Shown here one piece after another: positions 1 to 13,267 of a DNA stretch of 64,000 nucleotides (the first letter of the stretch is position 1; each line of letters begins with the position of its first letter). Both the position numbers and the translations under genes were made by a program. A model generated the notes under the pieces. It saw only the letters and a list, made by a program, of their open reading frames with translations, did no database searches and was not told where the DNA came from. The stretch is from Alloascoidea hylecoeti (lineage: Eukaryota): contig BCKZ01000021.1 of assembly GCA_001600815.1 (NCBI GenBank), positions 124,001-188,000 on the forward strand, written 5' to 3'.

Positions 1-1113
1 AATGGGATCTTTTTGTTTCGTTAATATATGTCGACCATCAAGAAAAGGAGGTTCTAAATGATGGACAGTGAGAATTTCTCTGACTTCTCTATCATCATCA
101 AAGTTTAAATCAACATGGCCATTTTGAATAGTACCGGAAGTTAACATCCGATTTCGTTCCCATAAATCATTATCTCTTTGATTTTCTCGAGCTTTTGCAC
201 TCATTCTTTTTGCTATTTTTGCTTCTAGTTGAGCTTCTCGGACAGTATCATATACACTTTCATCTCCAAAAGGGTTGTGTGAATCATCACCTGCGACTTG
301 TCCAAACTCATCAGCGAGATACCAACCTCTCTCCTGAGTTAGCATAGACTCGGCATCATACTCACTATAATCCTTTTCTCTTGGATCTTCGTGGTTGTGG
401 TGATGTCTTCTGTCGTCTGTATTGCTGTTGGTGTGCCTTGAATTATACTCACTTCTTTCTTGATTTTTTGAGTTATTTTGGTGAATCCTATCATCATTAA
501 AACGATTTGAAGGAAATGTTTTTATAATAGGAGATGAATGTGCTGAACCTTCTTTTTTAAAAGTAGACTTATCAATCTTGGAAGCCCTTTGCTCACGAAT
601 TTGTCTTAATCTTTCTGATGCTGTACTACTTAATATATCACCTCCTTCTTCTATATTATCCCTTTCCCGTTTTGCTGCTATAGCTAAAGAATATGTATGG
701 CTTGGTTTTTTGAATTCAATCTTATTGCCTTGCTTTATAACTTTGTGTTCGGTATCATCACTTAATATATTATCTTCATTTTCATACTCTAATTTGATTT
801 TTTTGTGTATTCTTTGTTGATGAGGTTGCGCAAGACCATTATTGGTTCTTTTTATAAATTCTCCAATAGGCTTTATTATATCTCCCGAATGCGATTTTAT
901 TTCATTATAAATTTCTTCTAAAAATCCTCTATTAAATCTACCAAAAGCCATACAAGCAGACGCGAAACTTGTAGCATCTTTTTGATATTTAGCGATATTT
1001 ATAACCCTCTCGGCCAAAATATCACTTGAGTCTCTACCTAATTCCCTCCCTAACTTTGAAGCCAATTCATTTATAAACTGATTGATTTGTGAATCTTTAG
1101 AAGAACGGTTCAT
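1..1113 (-). CDS. PRP16: Pre-mRNA splicing DEAH helicase Prp16, N-terminal part (runs off the window edge)
   Basis: Manually read minus-strand frame from ATG at 1113 (MNRSSKDSQINQFINELASKLG) to the edge; contains DNDLWERNRMLTSG and VHHLEPPFLDGRH..TKQKDPI, typical of the Prp16/DHX38 N-terminus. Not in the ORF track because it has no stop in the window. Confidence 0.88.
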   Translation of the reverse strand, partial: MNRSSKDSQINQFINELASKLGRELGRDSSDILAERVINIAKYQKDATSFASACMAFGRFNRGFLEEIYNEIKSHSGDIIKPIGEFIKRTNNGLAQPHQQRIHKKIKLEYENEDNILSDDTEHKVIKQGNKIEFKKPSHTYSLAIAAKRERDNIEEGGDILSSTASERLRQIREQRASKIDKSTFKKEGSAHSSPIIKTFPSNRFNDDRIHQNNSKNQERSEYNSRHTNSNTDDRRHHHNHEDPREKDYSEYDAESMLTQERGWYLADEFGQVAGDDSHNPFGDESVYDTVREAQLEAKIAKRMSAKARENQRDNDLWERNRMLTSGTIQNGHVDLNFDDDREVREILTVHHLEPPFLDGRHILTKQKDPI

Positions 1114-1274
1114 TATACATAATATGTATTGTGAAAAATAAAAGTTTAATATATGGGTTAAACTATACAGTGAATATAAGAGAATGCCTAAGTAATACAC
1201 AGCACATCAGGTTTTTCAGTTTTCCAACCTCCAATAGATAAATTAAAAGAGCTTTCACAAGTGACAAGATTCAA

Positions 1275-1859
1275 ATGTTCAGACCAATTGGGAAGTATGT
1301 TAATGGTGTTGCTGGGAAACAACCTGTTAGGTTTCTCTCAACAAAGTCAAAGGTGAATGGTAAAAAGCAAGCTTATAAATTGACAGAAATTCCAAATAAG
1401 TTCAATCGAGTCCGTTCAAGTTATAATTTGCGACCAAATCTTCCAGGTGGTCTTGCTTATATTCCTCCACCTTCAGCTCCACCGCCTTCTCAAACACCAA
1501 GTGTCTTTTTACCAGAGTCAGACCCAAGAAAACATTCAAATCTTCAGACCCAATATGATATAGAAAACATGCCCGCACTAAATGAACTAAGGGAGAAAAA
1601 ATATCACCTCACAGATGCTGATGCTGAAGAAATCAGACGACTTCGAGCAGAGGACCCTGTTAAATGGACTAGAAAAGCACTCTCAAAGAAATTTGGATGT
1701 TCACCCCTTTTCATCTCACTATGTTCAAGTGCAAGTCCCGATCAATTAATAAAGATGAATCAAAGGGTAGAATTTATTAAGGAAGGATGGTCAGAAAGAA
1801 AGAAGGAAGCAAGTGAACTAAGAAAACGAAGAAGGGAAATCTGGAATCGGGATGAATGA
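1275..1859 (+). CDS. MRPL20: Mitochondrial large ribosomal subunit protein mL58 (Mrpl20)
   Basis: Basic presequence-like N-terminus; PPPSAP..TPSVFLPESDPRK, KKYHLT..EEIRRLRAEDPVKWTRKALSKKFGCSPLFI. Confidence 0.85.
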   Translation: MFRPIGKYVNGVAGKQPVRFLSTKSKVNGKKQAYKLTEIPNKFNRVRSSYNLRPNLPGGLAYIPPPSAPPPSQTPSVFLPESDPRKHSNLQTQYDIENMPALNELREKKYHLTDADAEEIRRLRAEDPVKWTRKALSKKFGCSPLFISLCSSASPDQLIKMNQRVEFIKEGWSERKKEASELRKRRREIWNRDE

Positions 1860-2033
1860 ACACATAACTGTAAATAAGTTCGCGCTTTGTTTCTAATGCT
1901 ACACAATATATAAAAGAATAAAAAAAAACGACACTAAAAATGTAAATAGAAAACATTTATCAAAGCAACAAATCTAACAAATTTAAGCTGATCTAATAGC
2001 GAAAGTCCATATTTAGTAGGTAATATAACATAG

Positions 2034-2822
2034 CTATTGAAAATCGCCAAAATCATTATCCTCGTCTTCTTCGGTCTGTTTAGCACTGGAAGGTGGAGGT
2101 GGTATCAGAGGAGGAGGATTAGCAGACGTTTTTTTCTTTTCATTTTCAAGTTCCTATAAAGGTTTAGTTAGTTGATGGTTATATTAGGATATTCGTAACA
2201 CACAAACATACTTTTGTTGTTTGTAAATTGGAATCGGGCGTATTTATATCTTCTTCAAGACTAGCCACATGTCTGTATAAACATTTTATATTATTGTTAA
2301 TAATGTAAGGTTTCCGTGGAGAATATATTCCATACCTTCGAAATGTTTGTAGGGCCGCACTGAATTCAACAGCTTGTGAACGTTTCGCAAAACCCATTCC
2401 AAGACCTATTTTCATTATTCCGTATGATACTAAGATGAAATAGTATTTGGATCCATCGATGGTCTATTATCAATGATATCAGTTAAACCAGAGTCAAGTC
2501 AACAAACATTACGCAAAAAGCATACAGGTAAAACTTCCACTCCACTAGAAGAGTAGCGAACAGAAGCAAATAATTCACCAGAGTCTGTATCTGAAAACTC
2601 AATTTTACAGGTTATTTTGTCATCAGGAGTTCCGATTCTATTTTCAATGAGATCCATATGTTCCTTTTCAACTACAACAGCCGTACCGGACCAAACAGGT
2701 TTATCGATTCTCCACCGAGACAAAGTGTGTACGTTGTTGGGCTTTAAAGGAGGAGGTATTAAATATAACTGAACATCATCGGTTTTGTATAGTTGAGTTT
2801 CTAGGATATCGTCTTGTTCCAT
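2034..2822 (-). CDS. NECAP-like adaptin ear-binding protein (PHear/DUF1681), 4 exons
   Basis: Exons 2822-2526, 2463-2336, 2272-2212, 2153-2034 with GTATG donors. LYLIPP..W..DKPVWSG, SGELFA, TIDGSKYYF, GLGMGFAKRSQA.EF, and an acidic C-terminus DDNDFGDFQ. Confidence 0.8.
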
Positions 2823-2978
2823 GTTTATTGTAATTGTGATAGAGAATTGTTATGAGTCTGAATGAGCACACACAACACACGTTTTTATCTTTAAATTCGC
2901 CCTTATCCACCATCAAAAATTATTTAATTACACCCTCGCACATCACCAGAAACACCAGCTAAAACACAAGAAGGGAAC

Positions 2979-5267
2979 ATGGATGAAACTGCCACAAATG
3001 GTACGCACATAATAGATCACTCTTGTAATTATACCCGTTTATCTAACCACAAGTTTTCAACCACAGCAATTGCAAATCATAGGAAGCCCTCAAAATTAGC
3101 TGCTCTTGCCAAAGCTAGAGCTCAAAAAAGAGAACAAAACTCTTCAAAGAGAAATGAATCCCTTCAATCTGTCGATATTTTAGATCGATTGGCATCCAAG
3201 AGTGTAACTGATACAAGTACATCACCTGTGAGACCCTCTAAACCACGCAAGTCCCCATTATCAGAAAAAAATATCCCTTTTAAGCGACGGTTAAGTCGTT
3301 TATCAAGATCTCAATCACCGGACCTTAAAATTTCAAATTTAAATCCCGATGAATTAAATTCTCCAGAATTGCGCTCTCAACCTGAAGCTAAGAAAGCACT
3401 CCCTCTGACTCTATTTACGAGTTATAAAGTAGATGATTTAAAGATCAGTCTTCTAGAACCATCAAAGTTTTCCGTTTTGTTCATAGGGGGAAATCAATCA
3501 ACGGATGTGTACAAGAAAAGAACAATTGAAACTAATATTGGGGCTAATTCTGCTTTTCTTCCCGCTGCCCGACATACAATTTCAGAGATTAAGGAGAATT
3601 TTGCTAAGCCAAGTCCTGATGATATCATTTTAAATGCTCAACAAAGTGCATTTGGTTCGAAACCGAAATCAGAAGAAATCGAAAAGGTTAGAGAAAATGT
3701 ATCATCTCTAAAGATTGACGAACAAACAGCTTCTAAGGAAGTAGGTGGGATAAAGAGATCAAAGGAATCACAATCTCAGAAATCAACTACTAGCTTAGTT
3801 ATAATTGGGCATGTTGATTCAGGGAAAACGACACTTTTAGGACGTTTATTACTCGACTTTGCTGCTGTAGATAAAAGAAGATACCAAATTATTCAAAAAC
3901 AATCTAGGCAAGCCGGGAGATCTGATGCTGCTTTATCATGGCTAGTTGATATAACCCAAGAAGAAAGAAAAAGGTATGTTTATAAAAACTACTAATATTT
4001 TATCATGTTTAATTAAAGCACTCACTAACATTTTAATATAGAGGGGTCACTATAACTTCTTATGAGACCAAAATTGAGACAAAAGATAGATCATTTCGAA
4101 TTTTTGATGCTCCTGGCCATCGCGATTTTGTTCCTGATATGATCAAAAGCACTTCACAAGTAAGATACTTCAAGACAAACTATAATTATATGAATGTTAA
4201 TTAATTTTATTAGTCAAGGTCAGTTATATTGGTTATTGATTCAAGGTCAGATAATTTTGAATCGGGATTTCAACTTAATGGCCAAACCAAAGAACATGTA
4301 ATAATTGCACGAAGTGTTGGTATTCAAAACATATTAGTAGCTATTAACAAAATGGATGATGTAAGTTTATCACTATGTTCATTCCAATACAAAATTCTCT
4401 TACTAACTTTACTCCCTCATCTAGATTAATTGGAATGAACACCGATATTATGAAATTAAAGATCAAATGACAGAATTTTTAAAGTTATTAGGATTTTCAG
4501 AACAAAGTATCTCTTTTGTTCCCTGTAGTGGCTTGAATGGTGATAATATATCGACAAAGTGCCCTAATCCTGATTCTAAATGGTATAAAGGTGATACTCT
4601 TGTAGATCATTTAAATATCCTTCCAATTGACCCATTGAAAAATTCAAATTCTCCTCTTTACATTGAAATCGCTAATATCAAATCAAATGACAAGTCGACA
4701 ACAATTGAGGGAAATATTGAAAGTGGTACTATAGAATTAGCTGAAGAAGTTAGTTTATTACCTAATAATGAATTAGGCTCAACCTCTATTGATTGCATCA
4801 CTCGATTAGGTACTAAAGTATCTACAGCCTCTGCTGGAGATGTTGTATCCTTACAATTTAATTCTATATCAAACCATCAAGCCTCCAAAATTCAAATTGG
4901 GGATGTGATAACTACACCAGACTCTAGTATTAAAGCTGTCACTAAATTCAAAGCCCGACTTCTTCTTTTTGATGTTCAGGACCCCATAATTGTGGGAAAA
5001 CCATTGATCATTTATAATACTATTTCATCAAGAGAAGTGAAGATTACAAAATTTATTGCCTTGATAGATAAATTAAATAGTAAGCTTATTAATTCAAGGA
5101 AGAAAGTACGAGTTCTACGTCCTCAACAATCGGCATTAGTTGAGTTGCAAATAAAGGGTAGAGCATTACCACTTACTAAATTTGAAGATAATTCAACTTC
5201 AGGAAGAATTATTTTACGCTCAAATGGAAAGACTGTTGCGGCTGGATTAGTAGAAGAATTGTTATAA
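2979..5267 (+). CDS. Ski7/Hbs1-family translational GTPase with Ski7-type N-terminus
   Basis: Introns 3001-3066 (probable), 3974-4041, 4160-4213, 4361-4424. G motifs GHVDSGKTT, RGVTI, DAPGHRDF, NKMD, CSGL; N-terminal ENFAKPSPDDIILNAQ matches the Ski7 exosome-binding motif. Confidence 0.85.
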
Positions 5268-5370
5268 CATGGCACACCTTCATTTATAATTATATATATA
5301 TATATAGCTATAGTAAAAAGTGCTTAAATACAAACATTAGTTTCATATTCTGATGAACTTTTTTCTCTTT

Positions 5371-6564
5371 TTAAAGCATACGATTAAAAAATAGAAGTAA
5401 TAATCCAAAGAAAATTGATAAAAGTACAATTAACCTTGAAGCAAATCTATTCCTTTCACCTGCTTTTTGTAATTGTTTATTACCCGATCCCATCTCTACT
5501 TCCACATTTGAAACATCATCCACTAATGATTCAATCATTGTAGATTGGGCCGATAAATGTGTTGCTAACTCATTTTGAAGATTTGAAATTTCAATTAAAG
5601 ATTGTTCTGCTTTCCTAGACACCGAAAAAGTTAATATTATTCATAAATTTAATATTATAAAACACATACTGTGCCTTGTTCAAAGTCATTTCTAGTTCCT
5701 CTAGAAGTTCATTATTTTCTTGTTCAAGTATTTGGACTTGTTCATTTGGTAAACTTTCAAAAGCTTCCTCTTGTTTCTCCAATTCTATTGCAGAATGATT
5801 GAAATTGATTGATTCTGGTAGCCGATTCAGCATACTATCGATTTACATATGATCGTTAGAGGATATAAATTTTGATAATGTGTTGTTTCGCAAATATATA
5901 CCTTCTATCTCTTTCGAGTTGCCTTTGCAGCCGTATACTCTGTTGTTCTGACTGAATATCTGATGTTTCTTTTAAAGTGCTATTTAAATAAAAGAGCATC
6001 CCTCTCCTGTGTCCTTCAATCGTTTTAGTGCTTCCCACATGTTTTAAATGAAACCATGTAGAATTTTCTTCCTCTTTTTGTTTTCGTTCTATGATTTATG
6101 TTAGTGGTGAACAATATTCAACAAATAATCATAATTTCTTACGTTTCTCGTATGCTTCTAAATGTTTCAGCTTGGTCATACAGTCCTGTAGTGATATTTT
6201 TACTTGATAATCTATTTCATCCTTTTCTTTCTCTGTTAATGATTTATCTGAATTTGTAGAGCTTTTCGATGAGCCTAGTGCAGTTCGTCTAGTTTCATTT
6301 GATGAAGAAACATAACTATTCCGCACGGATAAAAGAAATGAATGAAGTTCTTGTATATGTAAGTTCTGTATGAAATAGTTAGACGAGGATATACTATCAA
6401 TTAAATATATGTGTTGATGTACTTACCAAATCAGAGCACTCTTTTGAAAAAACGTCTGAACCAGGGGCATATCCTATTTTCTTAGGAGGTACCAGCTTTG
6501 ATCCTTTTCCTTCTTCCTTTGACAACCTTACAAACTCCAAGAATAAAGCTGTTATATCAGACAT
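5371..6564 (-). CDS. UFE1: ER Qa-SNARE Ufe1/syntaxin-18, 5 exons
   Basis: Exons 6564-6427, 6365-6143, 6088-5902, 5834-5670, 5614-5371. N-peptide MSDITALF, FSKEC, LTEKEKDEID, SNARE motif EISNLQNELATHLSAQ..GNKQLQKA, C-terminal TM. Confidence 0.88.
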
Positions 6565-6637
6565 AATTGCTGATTGTTCTTGTGCTGTTAATTATCAGAA
6601 GAGGTTAGTTGTTGCCGGTAAATGTGCTGCTAAACTT

Positions 6638-6684
6638 CCGGGTAACCAACCAGATCGCGTCGCGAAATACAAATAAACGCGAAA
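6638..6684. promoter_or_regulatory. Reb1-type site plus MCB/SCB-like cell-cycle boxes in the UFE1/CDC21 divergent promoter
   Basis: CCGGGTAA 6638-6645; TCGCGT-CGCGAAA 6655-6667; ACGCGAAA 6677-6684. CDC21 is a classic MBF target. Confidence 0.65.
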
Positions 6685-6763
6685 TTTTTCAATTATAAGC
6701 AGTAAGGTTTATCATCTTCCATCAACACTTAACTTCACCTTTTCTAAACTTATCTTTATTTAA

Positions 6764-7693
<930 letters not shown>

Positions 7694-7833
7694 TATGAAA
7701 ATGATATCGATTTTCATCTCGTTTACAGTTCATAAAATAAATACTGTATAAATACTGTATGTATCGAAAATACAATTGTGTGCATTGTTAACATAGAACT
7801 ACAAAATCTTTAAATTGATATAAATAATACGTG

Positions 7834-9688
7834 TTATGTTACTAATGTATGTCGTCTCCCTTTGGTTACTTTCTTAGTTACTTTAGCCCTCTTTGGATGA
7901 TCATTACCAGATTCTCCTGAAACTTCTGGATCTCTATAAACTTGATCTTTGTTAATTTCTTCTTCATCTGCAACCATCCTTGAGAATGTTCGCCGCCGGG
8001 AATCATTAGCTATTGGTTCTGAATTTATGTTCTTTAGATCACTCAAATGTATCTCTTTCTTTCGAATTCGAGGTAATTCATTTCCTTCTTTCTTTGGAGA
8101 AGAAGAGAAAGAAAAATCAATAACAGACTCCTCTTCTTTCACTTTAGGTGATTTAGAAGTTGGCGTAAAAGATACGCGTTTAATTTCTTGTGAATGAAGA
8201 ACACTAAGTTCTTCGTCTCCATTATCAACGGCATCGGCCAATTTTCCTGTTGGACGTCTCATTTTTGTTCTTAATGAAGGAAGTGCATAATTGACTTGTT
8301 TTCGGGATCTACTTCTCCTACGGTTGCTTCCAACATCAGGATCTTGCTTAGGCATGGTATCCTCCTTCATCGGTGCAGGTTTTAACTTCTTCGGTTTTGA
8401 ATGTTTTGTTCTAGAAGGTGTATTTGTATTCACTGCTTCAAAAAATGGTTAGATTTTTAAAGAACAAAAAAAAGTGCATCAAAAAATAAATAGATTGAGT
8501 ACTTACTACTTCCTAATGGTCTTCTTACAGGTGTAGAAGTTAAATCTTTCCTTGGTAAATTCACAGTTTTTTCAACAATATTTTCTTTTTCTTGGGATAC
8601 ATTTGATTCTACCTGAACAGTATTTTTTACAGGAGTTCGAACCTGTTGACCGTCTTCCTTTTCTGATCTGGGAGTTGGTGGGGGGATTTGCGTTTTGATG
8701 GTCATTACTAAAGATTTATTATTCGGTTCCATTGAAGCAGCATGTTGCTCATTTGTAATATTAGACTGCTTTTCTATAGCATCACCTTCATAAGTTTCTT
8801 TATTGTTTTCAGTAGCTTCAAGATTGTGATCTTGGAGATGTTCTTCAGGTAGTTGTTGTCGTACTTGTTCTTCTTTTATTTCAATGTGTTGCGATTTTCG
8901 ACAGACTGGGCTATTTATTATTGGTCCTTGTATATCTGACTTTATAGAAGGTAGTATGGCTGGAAACGTATGTTTAGGAAAATGGCTCTCTGCCTGTAGT
9001 TCTTCCTCTTCTGGTTGTTCATAAATAATGTCATCTCCTTCACCAGCATTAGGTTCTGAAAGTTCATACATCATGTCATCTACTTCATTATTGCCACTTT
9101 CCTCCTGTTGAACTGGAACTAGAGCATTTGAATCTTCAGTTTCCGTGAAAGGCTGGATAAATATCGATTGTCGTCTACCGCTTCTCCTATTTGTAATTAA
9201 ACTTTTTCGAGGTGATGGCGACTGAACTTCCGGTAAATCGTGATGTAAAGGATTTAATAGATCTAATTGTTCAACTTCCCTTAATCGAGTAAACAATTGT
9301 GAAATCTCCGCCATTTTATGACTGACCTCCAGTTCTAAATCAGTAAGCTTTTCATTAAACCATTTTTTCCGATCCATCTCTTCATTGATATTATTCATTC
9401 TTAAACTAATATTTTCAGCAGTTAATTGTGTCATGCAATTTTCAAGAGTTCTGACTTTCATGGAAAGGTTACTATTAACTCGAGCCAAAGCCTTATTCTG
9501 TGCCAAAAATCTTTTCCGGACTAGAGATTTAAGAAAGAAAGAAAAAATAAATGGTTAGATAAATGTCATCTCAGACCCCGAGACAATTTCAAATCTCTCG
9601 ATGTAAGGAAAAACATACTCTGTTCAACTTGCTCGTTTTCCGTGTTGTGCTTCTCGTTCGCTCTATTTATTAAAGATATTCTAACCAT
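7834..9688 (-). CDS. SGO1: Shugoshin, 3 exons
   Basis: Exons 9688-9619, 9520-8507, about 8432-7834. N-terminal coiled coil RKRFLAQNKALARVNS..VRTLE..LTAENISLR and basic SGO motif RRSRSRKQVNYALPSLRTKMRRP. Confidence 0.9.
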
Positions 9689-9959
9689 TGCCCATGGCCA
9701 TCAGTACACTTATGTAGTTTCGTAGTGTACGTGCTAGTAATACCGCTGAAAAGTGATAGAGGAAGTCTGAAAAGCTTACGGTAGTAAATGGGAAAAACTG
9801 TGATGGAGGTTTGGGTGAGTGTTTACCAGTCATGGTTGTCATGGTAACCGTCTACAAATATTACCCGGATCAAACGAGGACAATTTAACATTATAACCTC
9901 ATTATTATATCTTCTATAGAATACAAAAAAATCAATCTAGATGTCAGTCGACATACATA

Positions 9960-11054
9960 TTATTCCGATTTCTGTTTAGTTAGAAGAGAATTTCGGTATG
10001 TCTTATTGTCAATAAGTCTTAGCAGATTTCTAAGTAGCATGGAAATAGTAACCTTTCCAACACTAGGAACATAAAATGATGAGATTTCCTTAACCTTAGG
10101 ATCAAAGTTTTTAGCACTTGAAAAATTAATGCAAGCTGCTCCAGACTTGATATATTCCAAAGGAAATTTATAATCGGGATTTGGAACACCGGTGATAATG
10201 ACGTCGGATTGAGAAGCGGCTTCTTTTAAGGATACATCTACATCGGAAACTTGATGGCTTTTCAATTTGAGACCTTCACCACGGTTAAATCTTTGAATAC
10301 CAGTGATATCAACTGAGTATACAACCGCGCCGTCGTTTGCTAATAATGAAGCTAAGGGTCTACCAACAATTTCACTTCTATTAACAATAGTAATGGTCTT
10401 TCCATACAACCTATTACCGTAGGGAAGCAAAGAGTTGTAGATTCCAAGATGCTCAAGAATCTTGACCAAAGCCAAAGGAGTACATGGCAATATACTTTTT
10501 TGTTTCTCTTCTTTGTCCAAGTATCTAATGTTGTGATACATATTTTGGATATAAAGATGACTCAATCCTTCGACGTCTTTCTCTGGTGATCTGCCAATAA
10601 TTCGAGTGTTAATTTTCAATTGCCTACACATAGCATAGATATCTATTACTTACAGGACTTGTTGAATATATTGATCTTGTCCACCGCCAAATACAGGGAA
10701 GTAAATCATTATGCCATCAACTGCATCATCATTATTTGCCTTAACAATGGCTTCTTCCAAATCTTCTTTATCGACTTCTCTGAGTTCATACTTGAAACCG
10801 ATACTTTCGGAAGTCTTCCCAGTAAAGATGGCATACTCTTTGGCGGCAGGATCTGAATTTGCTAAGAATCCAACCAATGTTGGTTGTCGATTTAAACGAG
10901 AAACACCTTTTTTGAGTTCTTCGATGAATGGTTTTGCAATGCTGCTAGCCAAAAGGGTGCCTTTATAGTAGCACAAACAGTAGACAAACGTTTAGTACAT
11001 CGTATATAATTGGAGGCTAAAAAAGCGTCACTTACGTCCAGCGTGGGAGGTCAT
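9960..11054 (-). CDS. MTD1: NAD-dependent methylenetetrahydrofolate dehydrogenase, 3 exons
   Basis: Exons 11054-11036, 10960-10654, 10590-9960. GRTLLAS, VDGIMIYFPVFG, EKDVEGL, KSILPCTPLA, NRSEIVGRPLA.LLANDGA. Confidence 0.96.
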
Positions 11055-11454
11055 ATTTTGCAATTGTCGAATGAAAATATACTCATCTCAAGAAACAAAA
11101 GAATATGTCAAAAAAATTTAAAATACTGTAAAGTTTACCCGGACTCTTAAAATCCATGCATTTTGAGACAGTGGTATGGATCAAACGGTAAGGCTGTAGT
11201 GATAAATATCTTCATACAGTATAGACGGGACGATTTTGAGGACCGTGTGAAGTTCGTTGCAGTTGGTCTGGATTGTGCTGAATAGATATCTCGAAAAAAG
11301 CAATGGTTCCTTATGGTTATAAACCTCAGGTATGTAAAGTTGAAGTTGAAGTTGAGAAGTATGTGCAGGTCAGACACTAACACACAAATTACCATAGGAA
11401 ATGGTTCAAGTTCGTATGTAACACCTCCGAAATTAGACACTCCGTTGTAATATT

Positions 11455-13267
11455 ATGCCGTGGATTTCGAGATTGTGGAATACTAAGAAAGGCTCAAAAC
11501 CTAATCTAGATCGTTCAGAATATGTTTTTGGCGATAGTGGAGGAAAAGGCACACCCGCTGCCTCGTTCTTCAAAACGATAGCTGGAAATAGAAATAGACC
11601 GAAAACTGAAATGGCGTATGTTAACAGATTCGTTTTGTCTTCTCATCAGTTCCAACGAAGAGTTTTTGTTTTATTTTCATTTAAAACATCCTAACAAGAT
11701 TTCATTAAAAAGGGCTCCATCGAAAGTGGTCGGTGCTTCTTATTCTCACACAGATTTGAGGAAACAGTTTCAACCACACTCATTCACGTATGTTATCCTT
11801 TGTTCAAACAATGAAATACATAAATCTTCTAATACGCACCAAATAGTAAACCTATACATGCTACTCGGAGCACAGGCGACCTTCTTCAGGAAACGCGAAC
11901 ACCTGTTCACAAAGATGAAACCCAACGACCGACGCAAGATATGGAAAATGAAAATAATCCACGCGACTCGTATGCTGATCTAGATGATGATTGGGACGCA
12001 GATGTTAAGTCCATGGCATCCCCGGCAATCCAACAAAATGGTGTTATGGCAATGAATATGAATTCTGACCTTAATCAACAGAGGAAAGATTTATACCCAA
12101 AGGATCATCTTCAACATAGAAAGGGCCTAAGATCTCATATTGATGGTATTGTAGTTGACCCTGTTACTTCTTTATACACAATATATGGACCAAGTACTTC
12201 AACTAAATACAAAACACCAGCAGAAATTGAAGAACAGAACGCACGAATAGCAAAATTTGAAAGATTTAAGAAAATTCTTCAATGTCCAAATATTGATTTA
12301 AAAGATTTAAAAGCAATCTCTTGGGGTGGAATCCCTGATCAATTAAGATCGATGGCATGGCAATTACTCTTAGGTTATCTTCCTTCTAATGTAAATCGAC
12401 GAGTACCAACATTAGCAAGAAAAAGAAAAGAATATCTTGATGGAATAAGGCAAGCTTTTGAAAGCGGTGTTGATAAGTCAACTTGGCACCAGATAAGTAT
12501 AGATGTTCCAAGAACGAATCCACACATCAAACTTTATAGTTTTGAAGCCACTCAAAGAGTAAGTTATAACCCATCATTGAACTGAATGAAGTCTCTTAAA
12601 AACTAACTTCATATTTTAGTCACTAGAAAGAATACTATATTTATGGGCAGTTAGGCATCCTGCTAGTGGTTATGTCCAAGGCATTAATGATTTAGCAACG
12701 CCATTTTTACAGACTTTTTTATCGGCTTACATTTATGAAGATGTAGAGAACTTTGATCCTGGAACGCTTCCTGGTGCTGTAATGGATGTAATTGAAGCCG
12801 ATACATTTTGGTGTTTATCTAAAGTATTAGATGGTATTCAAGATAATTATATTCATGCCCAACCAGGAATAATAAGACAAGTTCAAGAACTACATGATCT
12901 AACACAAAGAATCGATAGTAAATTGGTAAAACATTTAGATAAAGAAAAATTACAATTTATTCAATTTAGTTTTCGATGGATGAATTGTCTTTTAATGAGA
13001 GAACTTAGTGTTAGAAATACAATACGTATGTGGGATACTTATATGGCAGAAGGTTCCAATGGATTTTCAGAATTCCATATTTATGTTTGTGCTGCCTTTT
13101 TGGTTAAATGGTCCGATGATTTACAACAAATGGACTTTCAAGAAATTATGATGTTTTTGCAATCTCCACCTTCAAAAAAATGGAAAGAACGAGATATTGA
13201 ATTGTTACTTTCAGAAGCATATATGTGGCAATCATTATATAAAAATGCAACAGCTCATTTACGATAA
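11455..13267 (+). CDS. GYP1: TBC-domain Rab GTPase-activating protein Gyp1, 4 exons
   Basis: Exons 11455-11615, 11713-11787, 11847-12558, 12620-13267 join in frame. IDVPRT, HPASGYVQGIND, IEADTFWCL, FRWMNCLLMRE. The 5' exons are less certain. Confidence 0.92.

Noticed and set aside
578..820. 80 aa plus-strand ORF and similar short ORFs inside SGO1, MTD1, PYC, ARP5, NOP2, SPC98, CRC1, BUD27, MCH, KRE33, DCS1
   Set aside because: Antisense or off-frame shadows of well-supported genes.
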